A DNA stretch of 53,192 bases, the filler included, from Bipalium vagum (Eukaryota): assembly GCA_037834085.1 (NCBI GenBank). It is 3 parts of 3 records of this genome, joined end to end, with 100 filler letters (N's around TTAATTAATTAA, not from the genome) between each part and the next. Parts side by side here need not be neighbours in the genome. Positions count along the whole stretch, not along the records: positions 1 to 16,568 come from JBBMKC010104919.1; 2 more parts are not named here. One strand, 5' to 3'. Both the position numbers and the translations under genes were made by a program. The notes under the pieces are model-generated. The model was not told the DNA's origin. It did no database searches and saw only the letters and a program-made list of their open reading frames with translations. Shown one piece after another: positions 1 through 12,339 of this stretch; position 1 is the stretch's first letter, and each line of letters starts with the position of its first letter.

Positions 1-156
1 TTCAATGCCTAATCGTGTTCTGGATGTCATAAAAGCTAAAGGTGGACATATTTTTTATTAGTGTAAAATTTTTTAATCTGTTTTCTGTAATGTACTTCAA
101 TATATCAATGATTTTCTTGAATTTTATCTTTGTCCCAATTAATTCTAACACTACTG
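1..156 (+). mobile_element. 3' end of a Tc1-like DNA transposon (window-truncated)
   Basis: Bases 2-61 translate SMPNRVLDVIKAKGGHIFY*, matching the Tc1 transposase C-terminus (SMPxRxxxVIxAKGGxxxY). The sequence then ends ...CACTACTG followed by TA (157-158), i.e. a CAGT-type terminal inverted repeat (TIR) with a TA target. Confidence 0.75.
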
Positions 157-531
157 TAGGTATTGAATTCTACATTTCTTTTTGGAAAATTCTTATTAAC
201 CAAACATTTTATTTATTACTTTAAAAGTACCGAAGTCAATTAAGGACGTAATTTAAGTTATTAATAAACTCAATATTAAAATTTATCTATTCAAAGAACA
301 TCAAATAATTAATTTATTGGTGCACAAAAATATTGACATATTGAACAAATTTAAACAAAAAATAATACAAAAAGCATAAAACCTTATTTATATAAAAGCT
401 GTAATTATTGATTCGACTATATATTTGATTTTTCAATGTATCATTTCGCTGCCATTCTAGGAGTAATCAAAAGCGGCTCATAAATCAAATTTAAATAATA
501 ATAATACTAATAATAATAAAAACAATAATAA

Positions 532-2155
532 CTAATTACAAAAATTTTCTCTGAGACCCCAATAAGATTTCTGCATTACTTCCGAACGCGGTTGATTGTT
601 ATGATGGATTTGCTGCATTGACTGTTGATTGCGATTGCTGGCTACAGTAAAATTCTCAATTGCCGGAAGAACCAAACAATTATCATTCTGTGTAACAGGC
701 GCAACAGGATGATGATGGTGAGAGTACTGATGGTGTTGCGAGTACTGACCGCCAGATGTTGCATTATAGGTCGATTGATTTATAACGTACTCGTATTGAG
801 AATTGGAACTGTTTATTTCGCTTGGATGAATAACAAACGCCCCATTATTCGAATTGCCATTTGACATTAAGGGAAATGTTTCTGGTTGCATAATCAATAA
901 CGAATTGTTTTGATATGGTGAATGTAACGATGGTGCAAAATTTATATGAGTTGTATTCCTGTTATTGAAAATCGATTGTGTATCTTGTTGACAAGAAGTG
1001 AAATTGTTAATCGAGTCAAATGATTTGGGAACATCAGTTCCTGTAGAACCTAGATAAGAAGAATTTGTGGAATTGTACAAGTTATTCAATGAATTATGCC
1101 GATTAATTATTGATGTTTGAGAACTGATATCGCTGATTGGTTGGTACTTATTGACATGCGAGGACAAATAGGCTTTTGGCATCGACTCATTTATATTCCC
1201 CTTTAGATTAGCTGACATCCACGATATTTGATTATGGTCAATGGGATCTTTGATTTGGAAATATTGATTAAGCATTTCTGGAGGTATTTGATGTGGATTG
1301 ATCGAAGTTGGTTTTATACAATTGTTGATGTTTGGCATGTTTTTTGTCCACGAAGTCAAAGCATTGACATTAGGAGTTTGATACAGATTAGGAGGCACTA
1401 CTGTGCTGGACATGGTACCAGAGACAAGTCCCGATTTCATAGAAAAATTTAGTTTTTCAGGAGTCATCTGGATTTTGTGTCCACTTAAACCCCGTTGTAA
1501 GTCTGGTTTAGTGTCATTGATATTTTTTAACTTAGGTATTTCGGAAGGCTTGGAAAAATTAATTTTCTCATCAATAACATTTTGGGAAATAAGTCTGGAA
1601 TCATATTCTCGTCGATCAATTGACTTTTCGAATCCGTGAGACTGCATTTTTGGTAGATCAATAAAAGATGGTTTGTTGTTGGATTTATGATTTCTGAAAC
1701 TTTTTATCAGATTCATTATGCTACCACTACTGCTGAATGATTTAGTTGTCAACTGAGGGGTTTTATCTGAACTCAGTTTTTGTTCGGGTTTTGGAGAAAA
1801 ATTAGGAATTTTATTTTTCAATTTATTGATTAATTTGGAACCTGGAGTCAACTTTTTTGCTTTGAAATTACCGGACTTTACTGGATGCTTCTTAATAAAT
1901 TGATCTAATTTTCCATTGACCATTGAAATTAATTTATCTAAAGACGCCGAAACGGAATCCATAGTTTTTTCCTTTATGGATTTTTTTGATACATGGTTTG
2001 TAATCGGATTTTTAAAATTCTCTTTCGGTTCAGTAGTGATACTGTTGTCACTATTCTTCCAATTGAGACGTTGTTCATAAAATCTGATAACAGCCTGAGG
2101 ACATTCGAGATTAGCTCTCCGGGCCGATACTAAATTTGCCATATCGATATTTTTC
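532..2155 (-). CDS. HP1-like (chromo + chromo shadow) gene, terminal exon: second half of chromo shadow domain plus ~508-aa low-complexity tail
   Basis: AG acceptor at 2157-2156. Phase-2 join to the exon ending at 12085 (TG|G) gives [39 protein letters not shown], matching the HP1 shadow domain (LMFLMKWKxxDEADLVxAKEANxKCPQxVIxFYEERLTW). The first 40 aa of the ORF-track protein are intronic. Confidence 0.9.
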
Positions 2156-2352
2156 CTATTAAATATCACATTTTTTTGAGAGATCTTCAGTTTATTTATA
2201 GTGATTGAATAAATAATAATTATTACTGATAATAATCTTATTATGACTACTATTATTATTGTTGATTCAATCAATATGTTATAAAATTATTATTAAAATA
2301 AATTATTATTGAAAATAAAGAATTATCAATAAAAAATTTAAAAACTAATAAT

Positions 2353-5300
2353 GCGATCTTTAATGAAAAATCGCTTACTCGATTCGAGGCGCACCTATGC
2401 GACGCCCCAAACGAGATCAATGTATCAGATCACTTTCAATCCGCTAAGTCAACTGCAATTCCCCTTCAATCCCAGCAGTACAACCAGAACCACAATATCA
2501 GTCACCCGGTCCCGCCACACCACACCATCTATAGCAAGAGAGCATTCCACCAACAGGCAAATATTGCCCTCAACCATATCTGTGATGAATGCCCCATCAA
2601 GGGAGCAATAGAACTCCACATTAATCAATCCTTCACCAGTTACGCATTCGGAAATGATTGCAAAGGACCCAGAAGACAGAAGCTTATTCTGGAGCATCTC
2701 ACCCAACTCGAAGCAATCCAAGATAATCAAATCGAAAACCAACCATTTCAAACTCTCAAGACTTTTTTTCACGCTGTAATCGACACTAACATGGGACATA
2801 CGTCCTTTGGCAACAACATCCTCACTCTCTTTCGTCGCGCTGCGGAAAAACAACACCAAAGAAAAGGAGAACATCGAAAACAGCATTCCGCTAATAGACA
2901 GAAATCAACTGGTACTTCAGCTGGCAGAAACCAAACTAGAGATAATAAAAGCAGACTCCGGACTTGGTCAAATCGTACACCAACTCAATACATAAATGTT
3001 CAACAAGTACGATCAAATACAGCAACTTCCTCTAAAACAGACCAAGATAGAAATAAAAAAAGTATTTAACCGACCTTAAATGGCTAAAAATTCCAAAAAA
3101 CATTTCAAGGGCTAGCCAAAATATACGGGCGGAAATAAGGAAGATAATCAAAGAGAAAAATGTGGAGATTCATAATAAGATAGTCATCGACAACTATTTT
3201 CGAAGCCAAAACCAAATCAGATCAGCCGGTAAAAGACGTACCATCAAAAGGTACCGATAGAAATGTCGAAACCCTTAACACCAGTCCAGATCCAGAAGAA
3301 ATTGATGAGCAAGGAAATATCAATTATCAAATTCAATCGTCTCACAAATAAAACAGAGACACTCTGAAAATGGGTTTCAAACTAAGACACGCTGTCGCAG
3401 GATAGTTTAATGCTTGCTCTAGATGCTGACATAGACCAAATAATCAGCCAAGGAACCAGAAAGAATACCAATGTTCACAATAGCAGCATGATAGAGAGGA
3501 TAAAAGAAAGGTCACAAATCAAAAATAATAAGTGACTGTCCGGTTCTCCCGGCAGCCCGGACCAGACTGGCCAGGAGAAACCAAAAATTGTTAATTTCTG
3601 GTTTAGCGATACTCAAATACAGGGTGGCTATAAAGTAACTTAATGATTTAAAATAATAGTAAAAAGTACATTATTATAAATAAACAATAATGTACGGAAA
3701 TTTTTTTTAACTAGATTTTGAAAATTATGTCCTTCAAATGACCACCTCTTTCTGCCTCACAAAATTTGGCTCTTTTTATAGAGTTTTTCATGACACCTGC
3801 TAAAACTTCCGGGTTTATTGCTTTAATTTCGTCACGAATATTGTTCTTTAATTGTTGAATGGACTTTGGCTTATTAATATAAATTTTATCCTTCAGATAT
3901 CCCCAAAGAAAATAATCTGATGCTGAAATTATCCGAGTTTTTATTTTGAAAATATAATTCTACCATTTTCGTTCAATGACATATTTGGATATCTGTTTCA
4001 CACCAATCTCCTGGATTCCAATTTTATGTCAAAAATAATTTTAAAAGAAATCAATTTAAAATTGATTTTTTATGAAATTTTAAAATCATTAAGTTACTTT
4101 TGCGCCACCCTGTAGAAGCGTACCGCGAAAATATGATCAAACTATCGGAGAAAACATGCTACATTCCAACAAAAATTCCAAATCTCCTACTGCAATCCGA
4201 AGGAGCCACGATACAAGAACTTTGGTCTGATAACAACCTTCTGCGAGCTGACCTAATTCTGTCAATACTGAATATCAGCGACTGCCACTGGATACTGTTC
4301 TACAGCAACCACTAGTAATTATCTGGACCTCTGTCCAGTAGGATGGGAAGAACGAGAAAGTACGAGAATGAGTAAAAAATTAAACGGGCTCATTAATGAA
4401 TACATGTACTTGGTCGCTCATAAACGCCGAACAGTCACTTTCAAAATGAATCAAAAAGTGAAGCATAAAACGCAACAGAACAACTACGATTGCGGTCCGA
4501 CATGCTTGAAATATATATAAATGATTGAGAAGGAAAGAAAGTGCACCCAAAGCCTGATGACAGAGTAAGAAAATGGTTGATCGAACATAAGTATGAGAAA
4601 ACGGCAAAAATGGCTGGAGGCGGAACAGTGAAGGAACCAACGAAACAATTAAATGCGCTGAAATTGAGAAATTTATTTTGAAACATCAATTCATGAAAAA
4701 ATTAAAATTCTGAACCCTGAAATGGCTATTGCTGTGGTAACCAACAATGAAGAATTTATAAAAGAAACGGTTACCTTCAAAGTATATATGGATATAGAAA
4801 TAATCTTCTGCCCAGCGAAAATCGCTAACAATCACTGGATCCTGTTTAAATAAATGGTAACTACTAAAGAAGCGATTATAATCGACCCACTGAATCGGGG
4901 CAAAGAAAATATATCATCGGAACTTATGAAAAACTTAAAATTCAACATCTCTAGCTTCCTTAGAATGAACATGAAAGAAACCACTGAGAAATATAACCCA
5001 GGCGAAGTTGAAAGAACAAATATTCAGTACAACAGTGGATTAGCAATTTGCTATGAAATATTTAAAATTATAAAGCCAGATGTCAAATGCCAAATCAGTA
5101 AAATCGAGACCATGGTTAAAGAAATACTAGCAAAACCAGATAATAAAAAACTTATCAAAACCAAGAAAGAAGAAAACATAAAATATGATGATAGATTAAG
5201 ACAAGCCAACGATATTGCAAGCCGATTATCAAAAATTAAGATTGACGAAATGGAAGAAACGATACTAAAACATATCTGGCAAAAAAGAAATAAAAGGTAA

Positions 5301-8049
5301 AAGAATATCAACCGAAATCTCAAACAATCAGAAGAATATAAAAATGATCTCAAATTAAGATCAAAATATCAGATAAGCCCAAAAGAAGTATTTGAGAAGA
5401 TAAGAAATGATACGGTTGCAGATACAACGCCAACCCCGGAACCTATAAAACATCACTTCATGCAAAAAGCGAAAGCTATCACAATGCAGACTGGTCAATG
5501 TGTCCGCAGATACCAAAAGGAGAAAACTCAAAATTTCAAAAATTCTCAGAAGTAATATTGAACCAGCTAAAGAAGATGAAAAATAGTTCGCCGGGAAAAT
5601 CAAGAATCACATATAAGGATATCGCGTATTGTGATCCAGAAGGCAAGATTTCAACAATATTATTCAACAGAATCATCGAAGAGGGCAAAACACCGGAAAG
5701 TTGGAAAAAGTATATTACAATCTTTATCCCAAAGCCGGACAAAAATTGGAAAATACGACCAAATGGAGTCATGGAGACCAATTGCTCTACTTGATTGCTA
5801 CTACAAACTATTCACGGCCTGTCTGGATGGATAAAAACAAACTCGGCTATCCGCTACAAAAAGGAAACGCAAAAACAGAAGGCTGCTCAGAGCATAATGC
5901 AATCATTAGATGCCTGATCAAGGACCAATCAAGAAACCATCAAACCAGAAACCTCCATATCGCATTCATGGATATTACAGATGCGTTCGGCTCAGTATCC
6001 ATAGTCCAAATATTGGGAATTCTTGAGAGAATGGGAATGGATCAAAGCTCCAGAAACATCATCAAATCACTCTGCAGCCAATGCTCATCCAAGTATATCT
6101 GCGGTTCACTTCGAATAGAAGAAATTCCTATCGAAATTGGGGTCCGCCAGGGGTGCCCCCTATCAATGGCTCTGTTCAATTTCGCCATCGCGCCGCTACT
6201 CTTTGAATTCTCAAAAATAATAGGAGGCGGAACCATGATTGATGGAAAATTTATAATATTCTTAGCTTACGCCGATGATATCGCACTAGTACCAAATAAA
6301 AATTCCTTCCTATAACAAATGATAGACTGTGCAGATAGTATAGCAGAATGGCTTGGGCTAAAATTCAACGCCAGCAAATGTGGATATTTATCATTTCCAG
6401 AAGAAAGCTCAACAATCAAAATTCAAGGATCCGATATTCCAAAAATCAATGACGGCGAATCATACAAATACTTGGGAGTTAATATTGCAAGAGATCCAAA
6501 ACAAACTCCAGTTGCTCTTATCAAATCAATCAATGCAGATCTCAAGAAAATCAGTAACTCAGTTCTTCTCCCATGGCAAAAAGTTCTTATGTACAAGACC
6601 TTTTTACATTCTAGATTGCCCTTTGCAATGAGGAACTTTAAAATACCAAACAACGAATTCAGTTCATATGGCCACCACGGGAAAACAAAAGTAGTGCTAA
6701 AAAAGGGCCTAGATTACAAAATTAAAAATATACATTAAAAAGATGTTGTACCTACCACGAGCAACTCCAAATGCGTACTTATACACCGATCAAAAACACG
6801 GTGGACTCGGACTAATTGCTGCCAGAGATGACTATGCAATTCAATCAATCGTCCAAACATTTCGAATGCTGACAACTCCGGACAATGCGATATAAGAAAT
6901 CTCAATGTACAGCCTCAAGGAAACAGTAAAGGCACATGGCAAGAAAAAAGATGAAATATCCATGGATCAGAGCCTTGAATGGTTAAACAAAGGAGACAGA
7001 GAAAATGGCTACAAATCGTGATGGACAAGGACAAGAAATAGTATCAGCCACCTCCAAAAGCATTGCAGTCTTGCCATTAGGTTCCTGATCAACGAAAAAG
7101 GAATATGCCTAGAACTATGCCTGCATATATTTTGCAGGAAAAAAATAATAATCCCAGAGGACGCGTACAAATGTTGTGAAACTATGCACAAAATATATGC
7201 AGGGGCTCAATTCCATATATAGCAAAGCAAAAAAGAGCAGGAATATCCGCAACAGCCATTGGTTCAGACCCTATCAGCTCAAAGATATTATATGACGGAT
7301 CGATTAATTCCCATGAATGGGCTTTCATTCATTCAGCAAGGACAAACAGCTTACCAGTTAATAACGGGTCTGGGAGAAAAGCAACTCTGTGCAGACGATG
7401 CGGACAGGATCTGGAATCACAAACTCATATCCTAAATCACTGCAAGCCAAACAGTCACTTCATCACCGACAGACACAATGAAATCGCAGATCTCGTCTCC
7501 AATACCATCAGGAAAAGAAATATATGCCGAATAGTTAAGAACAATATTTGCGAATTTGCAACAACCAAAAAGAAATTCAGAGTAGATATTCAAATGATAT
7601 ATGATGACACCAAGACAATCAATTGTTCAGCATCCAAACCATATATGATTCAATGGAAAATATGGTGAACGCAGACGAGAACAATTTCAAAAAATATGAA
7701 GAACTCAGGAAGAACATTCAAGAAAACCTTAAAGAAAGGTAAGTCAATCTATGGACAATAATAGTCGGATCTCTAGGCTCATGGTATAAAGAAAATGACT
7801 CCACACTGAGAAAACTTGGAGCAACAAATACCTATATCCAGCAGCTAAAGAAGAAATGCACCAGAGCAGCAATCAAATGGAGCATTTGATGTTGGAAAGC
7901 CCACAACAGCAGCGGATACATTCAGAAGATGCCAACCACAGAAGAATGGCAAAGAAGATAAAAAAATGGTGAAGCCGACTTAGGCTCTCATTTTATTGTT
8001 TTGTTGTATTAAAAAAATGTTTTCCCCTTGTGGAGATTAGTAAAAAAAA
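2353..8049 (+). mobile_element. Decayed RLE-type non-LTR retrotransposon (NeSL/R5/LIN-like) with Ulp1-like protease domains
   Basis: RT motifs across frameshifted ORFs 5498-6738: WRPIALL, QKG..EGCSEH, FMDITDAFGSV, GVRQGCPLS, LAYADD, GLKFNASKC, YKYLG, then GGLGL (~6800). CCHC knuckle CRRC-x8-H-x4-C at 7390-7443, followed by RHN, a RVDI RLE-like segment and IIVGSLGSW. Short 3' UTR ends in an A-run at 8042-8049. Multiple stops and frameshifts; both ends approximate. Confidence 0.88.
3620..4112 (-). mobile_element. Internally deleted DD41D/Visitor-like Tc1/mariner element nested in the retrotransposon
   Basis: Imperfect ~30-bp TIRs (CAGGGTGGCTATAAAGTAACTTAATGATTT / reverse complement CAGGGTGGCGCAAAAGTAACTTAATGATTT) with TA duplication at 3618-19 and 4113-14. 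The internal minus strand encodes DYFLWGYLKDKIY...CEAERGGHL (transposase C-terminus). Confidence 0.88.
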
Positions 8050-8247
8050 TGCATATATCTATATCAATTGGTTTACTATCGATAAGACAAGACATTTTTT
8101 GAGTAAATTTTTAAATATTAAGTAATACATATACTTAATATTTAGCATAATTATTTAGTTTTAAATAATTTTTAAAAAATGTCCTCACATCTAATTAGCC
8201 TTTTCACATTATATTAAAATTATTATTTTATGGTATTATTAAAAAAA

Positions 8248-9386
8248 TTATCTGTGTGAATTGATTTCCGGAATCATTCAAAACTCCTTGTTAGTACATA
8301 AATTTGATAAATACTATTTTAAAATGTGATTGATTTTTCAATTTGTTTATCTAAATAATTGTTTAAATATTCATTAAAATCTAATCTACTATGCAAAATT
8401 TTGAAAATTTTTCCGAAAAATCAGCATTTGCAAGTTCTGCTGAGTCACTATTTCTAAAAAACTTTTGCTGAGACTCAGTTTCTTAGTCGAGATTTTTCTG
8501 AGATATCTTTATCAAAAATACTGTTTACAATGATTCCATCAATTTAAAATTGATGATGTCAACAATAATGACAAAGAACGTTCCAGACAGTTAAAAAAGT
8601 TTTATGAAAACATGAAGACTTTACTCATTCATGATTCTTGCCAAATGAAAAACAAATTGCAGCTTCATTGGAAGTAGACCGTTCTAGTTTTGCCAAAAGT
8701 TTACAAGCAGTGGGAGTTAGGTGCCGTACGATTTAAAACCTAAAGACGTAAACCGCCGTTGTGTACGTGTGAGCAGTTGTTTCAATGTGAAAAACGAAAA
8801 GCTTTTTGCATGATAATGTGAGAAACTATATAAAATGGATCCATTACAGTAAAACATTGAAAAAATGTACGGGGACCACATCGACGCGTAAGCCAGCCTT
8901 TTATGATCAAAAGCTTATGATGTCAATTTGGTGGGATCAGTTAAGTAACGTATATCATGAATGTTGGAACCGTACGAAACAATCACAGACTTTCATATCA
9001 ACTTGATGTGTTTAAGCCGTGCTTTGAAGGTTAAACGGTCAAAGGTTATTACTCGGACAAGTATGATAAAGTCAATTTTCAAAATAAAAATGCTGAGCTG
9101 CAACCGGTAATAGCATACTCGGAAATTCTATCCCATTCTCCATTAACGCTAAAGTTACCCCTACAGATTACCACCTTTTCCGTTCGATGTAGCATTTTTA
9201 TTCGCACGAGGACACCAGAAACTGACTCGAATCTTGGATCTTCTCAAAAAAGACTGAATCCGTAGCTTCTCTGAGAGATGGGCGAGCGGTGGACAATAAT
9301 TCTAACAAAAAATGTGCTTTTTTTAATAAATATTATTGGTTTTAGTTATTTCTGAAAAATATTAAAGGAATTAACATATCTAATAA
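8248..9386 (+). mobile_element. Highly decayed mariner (Mos1-like) element
   Basis: Remnant motifs WVPYDL-like (~8720), KWIHY, KLMMSIWWDQ, DYHLFRSM and LSERW. The 5' end is similar to the element at 39312. Ends approximate. Confidence 0.7.
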
Positions 9387-9400
9387 TATAAAATATTAAT

Positions 9401-9700
9401 ACGGAGTGTCCATAAGTCCCCGTGGAAATTAAACTTAAATATCTTTCATTAAATTCAATCGATTGAAATTTATATAATATTAAGGTGTGTAAGTATAAGT
9501 TTTGTTTTAATATTCTGTAATTAGCAAATGCCGCTTGATTTGAAGTTAAAAATCAAAATTGTACTTTTAATGGCCAAATTCAACGCAATTTGTGTTGTAA
9601 ACGGAAATTAAATGACAAAATTTGGAAAAACCTCACCAAGTGAAAGACTTTTCATTGTTTTTGTGAATTTGGCTCGGTGGAAGATCGTGACAGAAGCTTA
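9401..9700 (+). mobile_element. 5' fragment of a DD41D-like transposon (DUF4817-type HTH)
   Basis: TA-CGGAGTGTCCATAAGTC TIR-like start. Decayed ORF MPLDLKLKIKIVLLMAKF...FCEFGSVEDRDRS resembles the KFxxTGSVxDxxRSGRP motif. Confidence 0.55.
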
Positions 9701-10515
9701 CCATCCTCGAACGGTATTCACTAATTCGATTCAAACTCAATTTCACACAATTAATCATAGTTAACATTGATTAATTTTAAGTTATTGATAAATTCAAATA
9801 ATTTATTCAATATGTTGAGTGTGCGCATTAGTTTACATTTACAGAGTGGTAAGTGAGAATTGTGGATTACATATTTTTCTTCTTTATAACAGCAGATGAA
9901 GTGTATGCGCAACGGTAAATTTAAACTGAATGTATATTAGGAATGAGCTGAGACATAAAATGTAATTTTCTTACTACTATTAAGTCCCCACACATTTTTT
10001 TCATGATAGATAAGTTGATATCAACTATTATATTTATGGTAAATGTTTTTGGCTACATTTTCTGCGTAGAAAAAGGGAAGATATCTCTTTTGAGAGTAGT
10101 GATTGAGATATGGAGTTAAACTTGAAACAAAATAGTAAATTCTCAGATTTCTAAATAAGAAACCGAGAACAGAAATAGAAAAGAAAAACAAAATTGAACT
10201 AGAACAACAAAGAATTTAAAATGAGGAGCACAGGTAGAAGGAGAATTAAAGCAGAGTAGTTAATTATTGTAGAATTATTTCTTATGGAACAATTGTTATA
10301 TATTTGATTATATATAAATTGTTAATATTTGATTTAATAAACAGATTTATATTCAATTACTTTATTTTACTTGAACAAACCATTTATTTTCTTTAAAAAA
10401 GAAAAATAAACTTTAAATCAGATAATAATATTTTAAAAATAGCTTAATATTTGTGTGAATATTAAAAAATAAGTTTTATTATTATCTCCCCCAGAACCTG
10501 ATTTTAATATATATA

Positions 10516-11982
10516 CCGGGTGTTCAAGTTAAAAGATCATAAATAAAAGTTTGTTCAAACTTCCTACAGGTAACGAATTCATGAAAATTTTACATTTTCA
10601 TAAAGATCAAAAATGCGGATTTATTTTTTTAACTAAGTTGAATTACAAGATATGTTGTATTTTATCAAAATAGTTACAAATATGATATGTACATAAATCA
10701 TATTTTTATTCGAAGTGTCCACCCTCATTTTCTAAGCATGCTTCCAGCCTATGAGTGACATTTTCCACGGCTTCTTGAAGGTTAATTTCTGTCACAATCT
10801 GTACAGCTTGGATAATACGTTTCTTCAGTATTTTACGACTATTTGGGTGATTGCCGCCTGGATAAACTTTTTCTTTCAAGAATGACCATAACCAGAAATC
10901 CAGGGGTGTTAGATCAGTGCTTTGGGCAGGCCATTCGTTAGGAAATCCTATTGAAATTATTTTTCCAGAACCGAAAGTTTTTTCCAAGAATACTTTTGCT
11001 TGTTTGACAATATGGGGAGCAGCAATTTCTTGTTGGAAAATTAAGCGGTTAAATCTCGGCATTGATTTGAGACACGGAATAAGTTAGTGAATAAGCATAT
11101 CCAAATATCGTTCCGAATTTATAGTCTGACTATTGCTATTATTTTCAAGGAAATATGGTCCAATAAGAAAGGAAGACGACATCGCAATGAATACGATGAC
11201 CTTTGTCGAGAATGTTGAGTATTCAACCACATTATTGGGCTTTTGCGATCCCCAAAATCGAACATTTTGTCTGTTCACCCATCCATTGAGATTGAATGAG
11301 CATTCATCACTCCATACAATTCGGGATAAAAATATATCATCTTTGGATATATATAACAGCATCCGTTTGCAAAAGGCTAAAGATTTGCTTTATGTTTGTC
11401 TGAAAGAGACTGCCCAATTGTGACTTTAGAGGGAAATAATTTCAATTCACGTCTGAGATACGTGTGAACTAATCTAATAGAGGAACCTGAAGCAGAACTC
11501 AGTTTCCTTATGCTCGTAGATGTTCCCTCTGGTGTAAAACAGTATCAATATCCTTTCGTTTCTCTTCTGAAGCTCTAGGAGATCGCACATTGTGAGCTTT
11601 ATTAATGCAACCAGTTTGCTGGAATTTAAAAATAATTTTTCATATTTGCTGTACTGAAGGTGTGCCACTCTTTCGTTTTTTTTCGGTTGAAAATTTTCTC
11701 TGAGTTTCAGCGAAACTCAGTTTTAAAAAATAGCTCTACCAGCCTAATTTTATCCGATTTTGATAATATGTAAGGTATATCTAAGAATAAAATATAATTT
11801 TAAACAAGTACATTTATTTATTGTCATAATTTATGCATTTAAACAACATAAGTTTATATATAAAGCATGATTAACCTATCTGCAATAAAGGTTATTCGAT
11901 CAAATAAATTTATTTTCAATAAAATTTTACAGCATAAAAAATATTACGCTTTTATTTATGAACTTTTAACTTAAACACCCGG
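10516..11982 (-). mobile_element. DD41D/Visitor(rosa)-like Tc1/mariner element, full length but disrupted
   Basis: TIRs CCGGGTGTTCAAGTTAAAAGATCATAAATAAAAG / reverse complement CCGGGTGTTTAAGTTAAAAGTTCATAAATAAAAG, with TA flanks. Motifs WSDECSF, VNRQNVRFWG, FQQEIAAPH, WPAQSTDLTPLDFWLW, GGHFE; 42 residues separate the second and third acidic positions. Confidence 0.9.
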
Positions 11983-12084
11983 TATATATATAAATAGTAA
12001 AATTCACAAAAAAAATAAGAGAAAGAAAAATCTTGATAATTTGTGTTAAAAGAACATTTTATTATAGAATTAATGACAATATAC

Positions 12085-12185
12085 CATTTGATTAAAAACA
12101 TCAATTGGTTGTTGATCATGCCAGCAGCCAAGATGCAATCTGCTTCTCTGAAACTGGTAAAATCTTTCACTTTGACAAAAGGCTC
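12085..12185 (-). CDS. HP1-like gene exon: first half of chromo shadow domain
   Basis: TGTAG acceptor and TG|GTAT donor. Encodes EPFVKVKDFTSFREADCILAAGMINNQLMFLIKW; 101 bp, phase 0 to phase 2, in frame with both neighbours. Confidence 0.9.
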
Positions 12186-12240
12186 CTACAAGTTGATATT
12201 AAAAAAATATATTTTTCATTTTATCTACTTTGATATATAC

Positions 12241-12339
12241 ATCCGTTTCAATTTCCTGGAATAATGAAGAATCTTTATTCAACAATTTCTGAATTTTTTT
12301 CTTTCGTCTTTTTCTTTCTTTGTCTCCATTCAGAAATTC
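12241..12339 (-). CDS. HP1-like gene exon: end of chromodomain helix and basic hinge
   Basis: CTAG acceptor and GTATAT donor, 99 bp, phase 0-0, followed by a 55-bp intron. Encodes EFLNGDKERKRRKKKIQKLLNKDSSLFQEIETD; the join gives CPDLIK|EFL, like HP1 CPDLIAEFL. Confidence 0.85.

Noticed and set aside
625-1639. Plus-strand ORFs overlapping the HP1 terminal exon (and similar antisense ORFs over the RT and transposases)
   Set aside because: Antisense shadows of real coding sequence with no independent features.
2156-2274. Hydrophobic N-terminus (signal peptide/TM-like) of the 580-aa ORF
   Set aside because: It lies upstream of the splice acceptor at 2156 and is translated ATT/TAA-rich intron.
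2370-2381. ATCGCTTACTCG resembling the U2 snRNA 5' end (Utopia-type target)
   Set aside because: Only a short gapped match, with no further U2 sequence at either end of the element.
9800-10260. Possible SWIM/MULE-like Cys/His remnant on the minus strand
   Set aside because: Too degenerate to support by eye.
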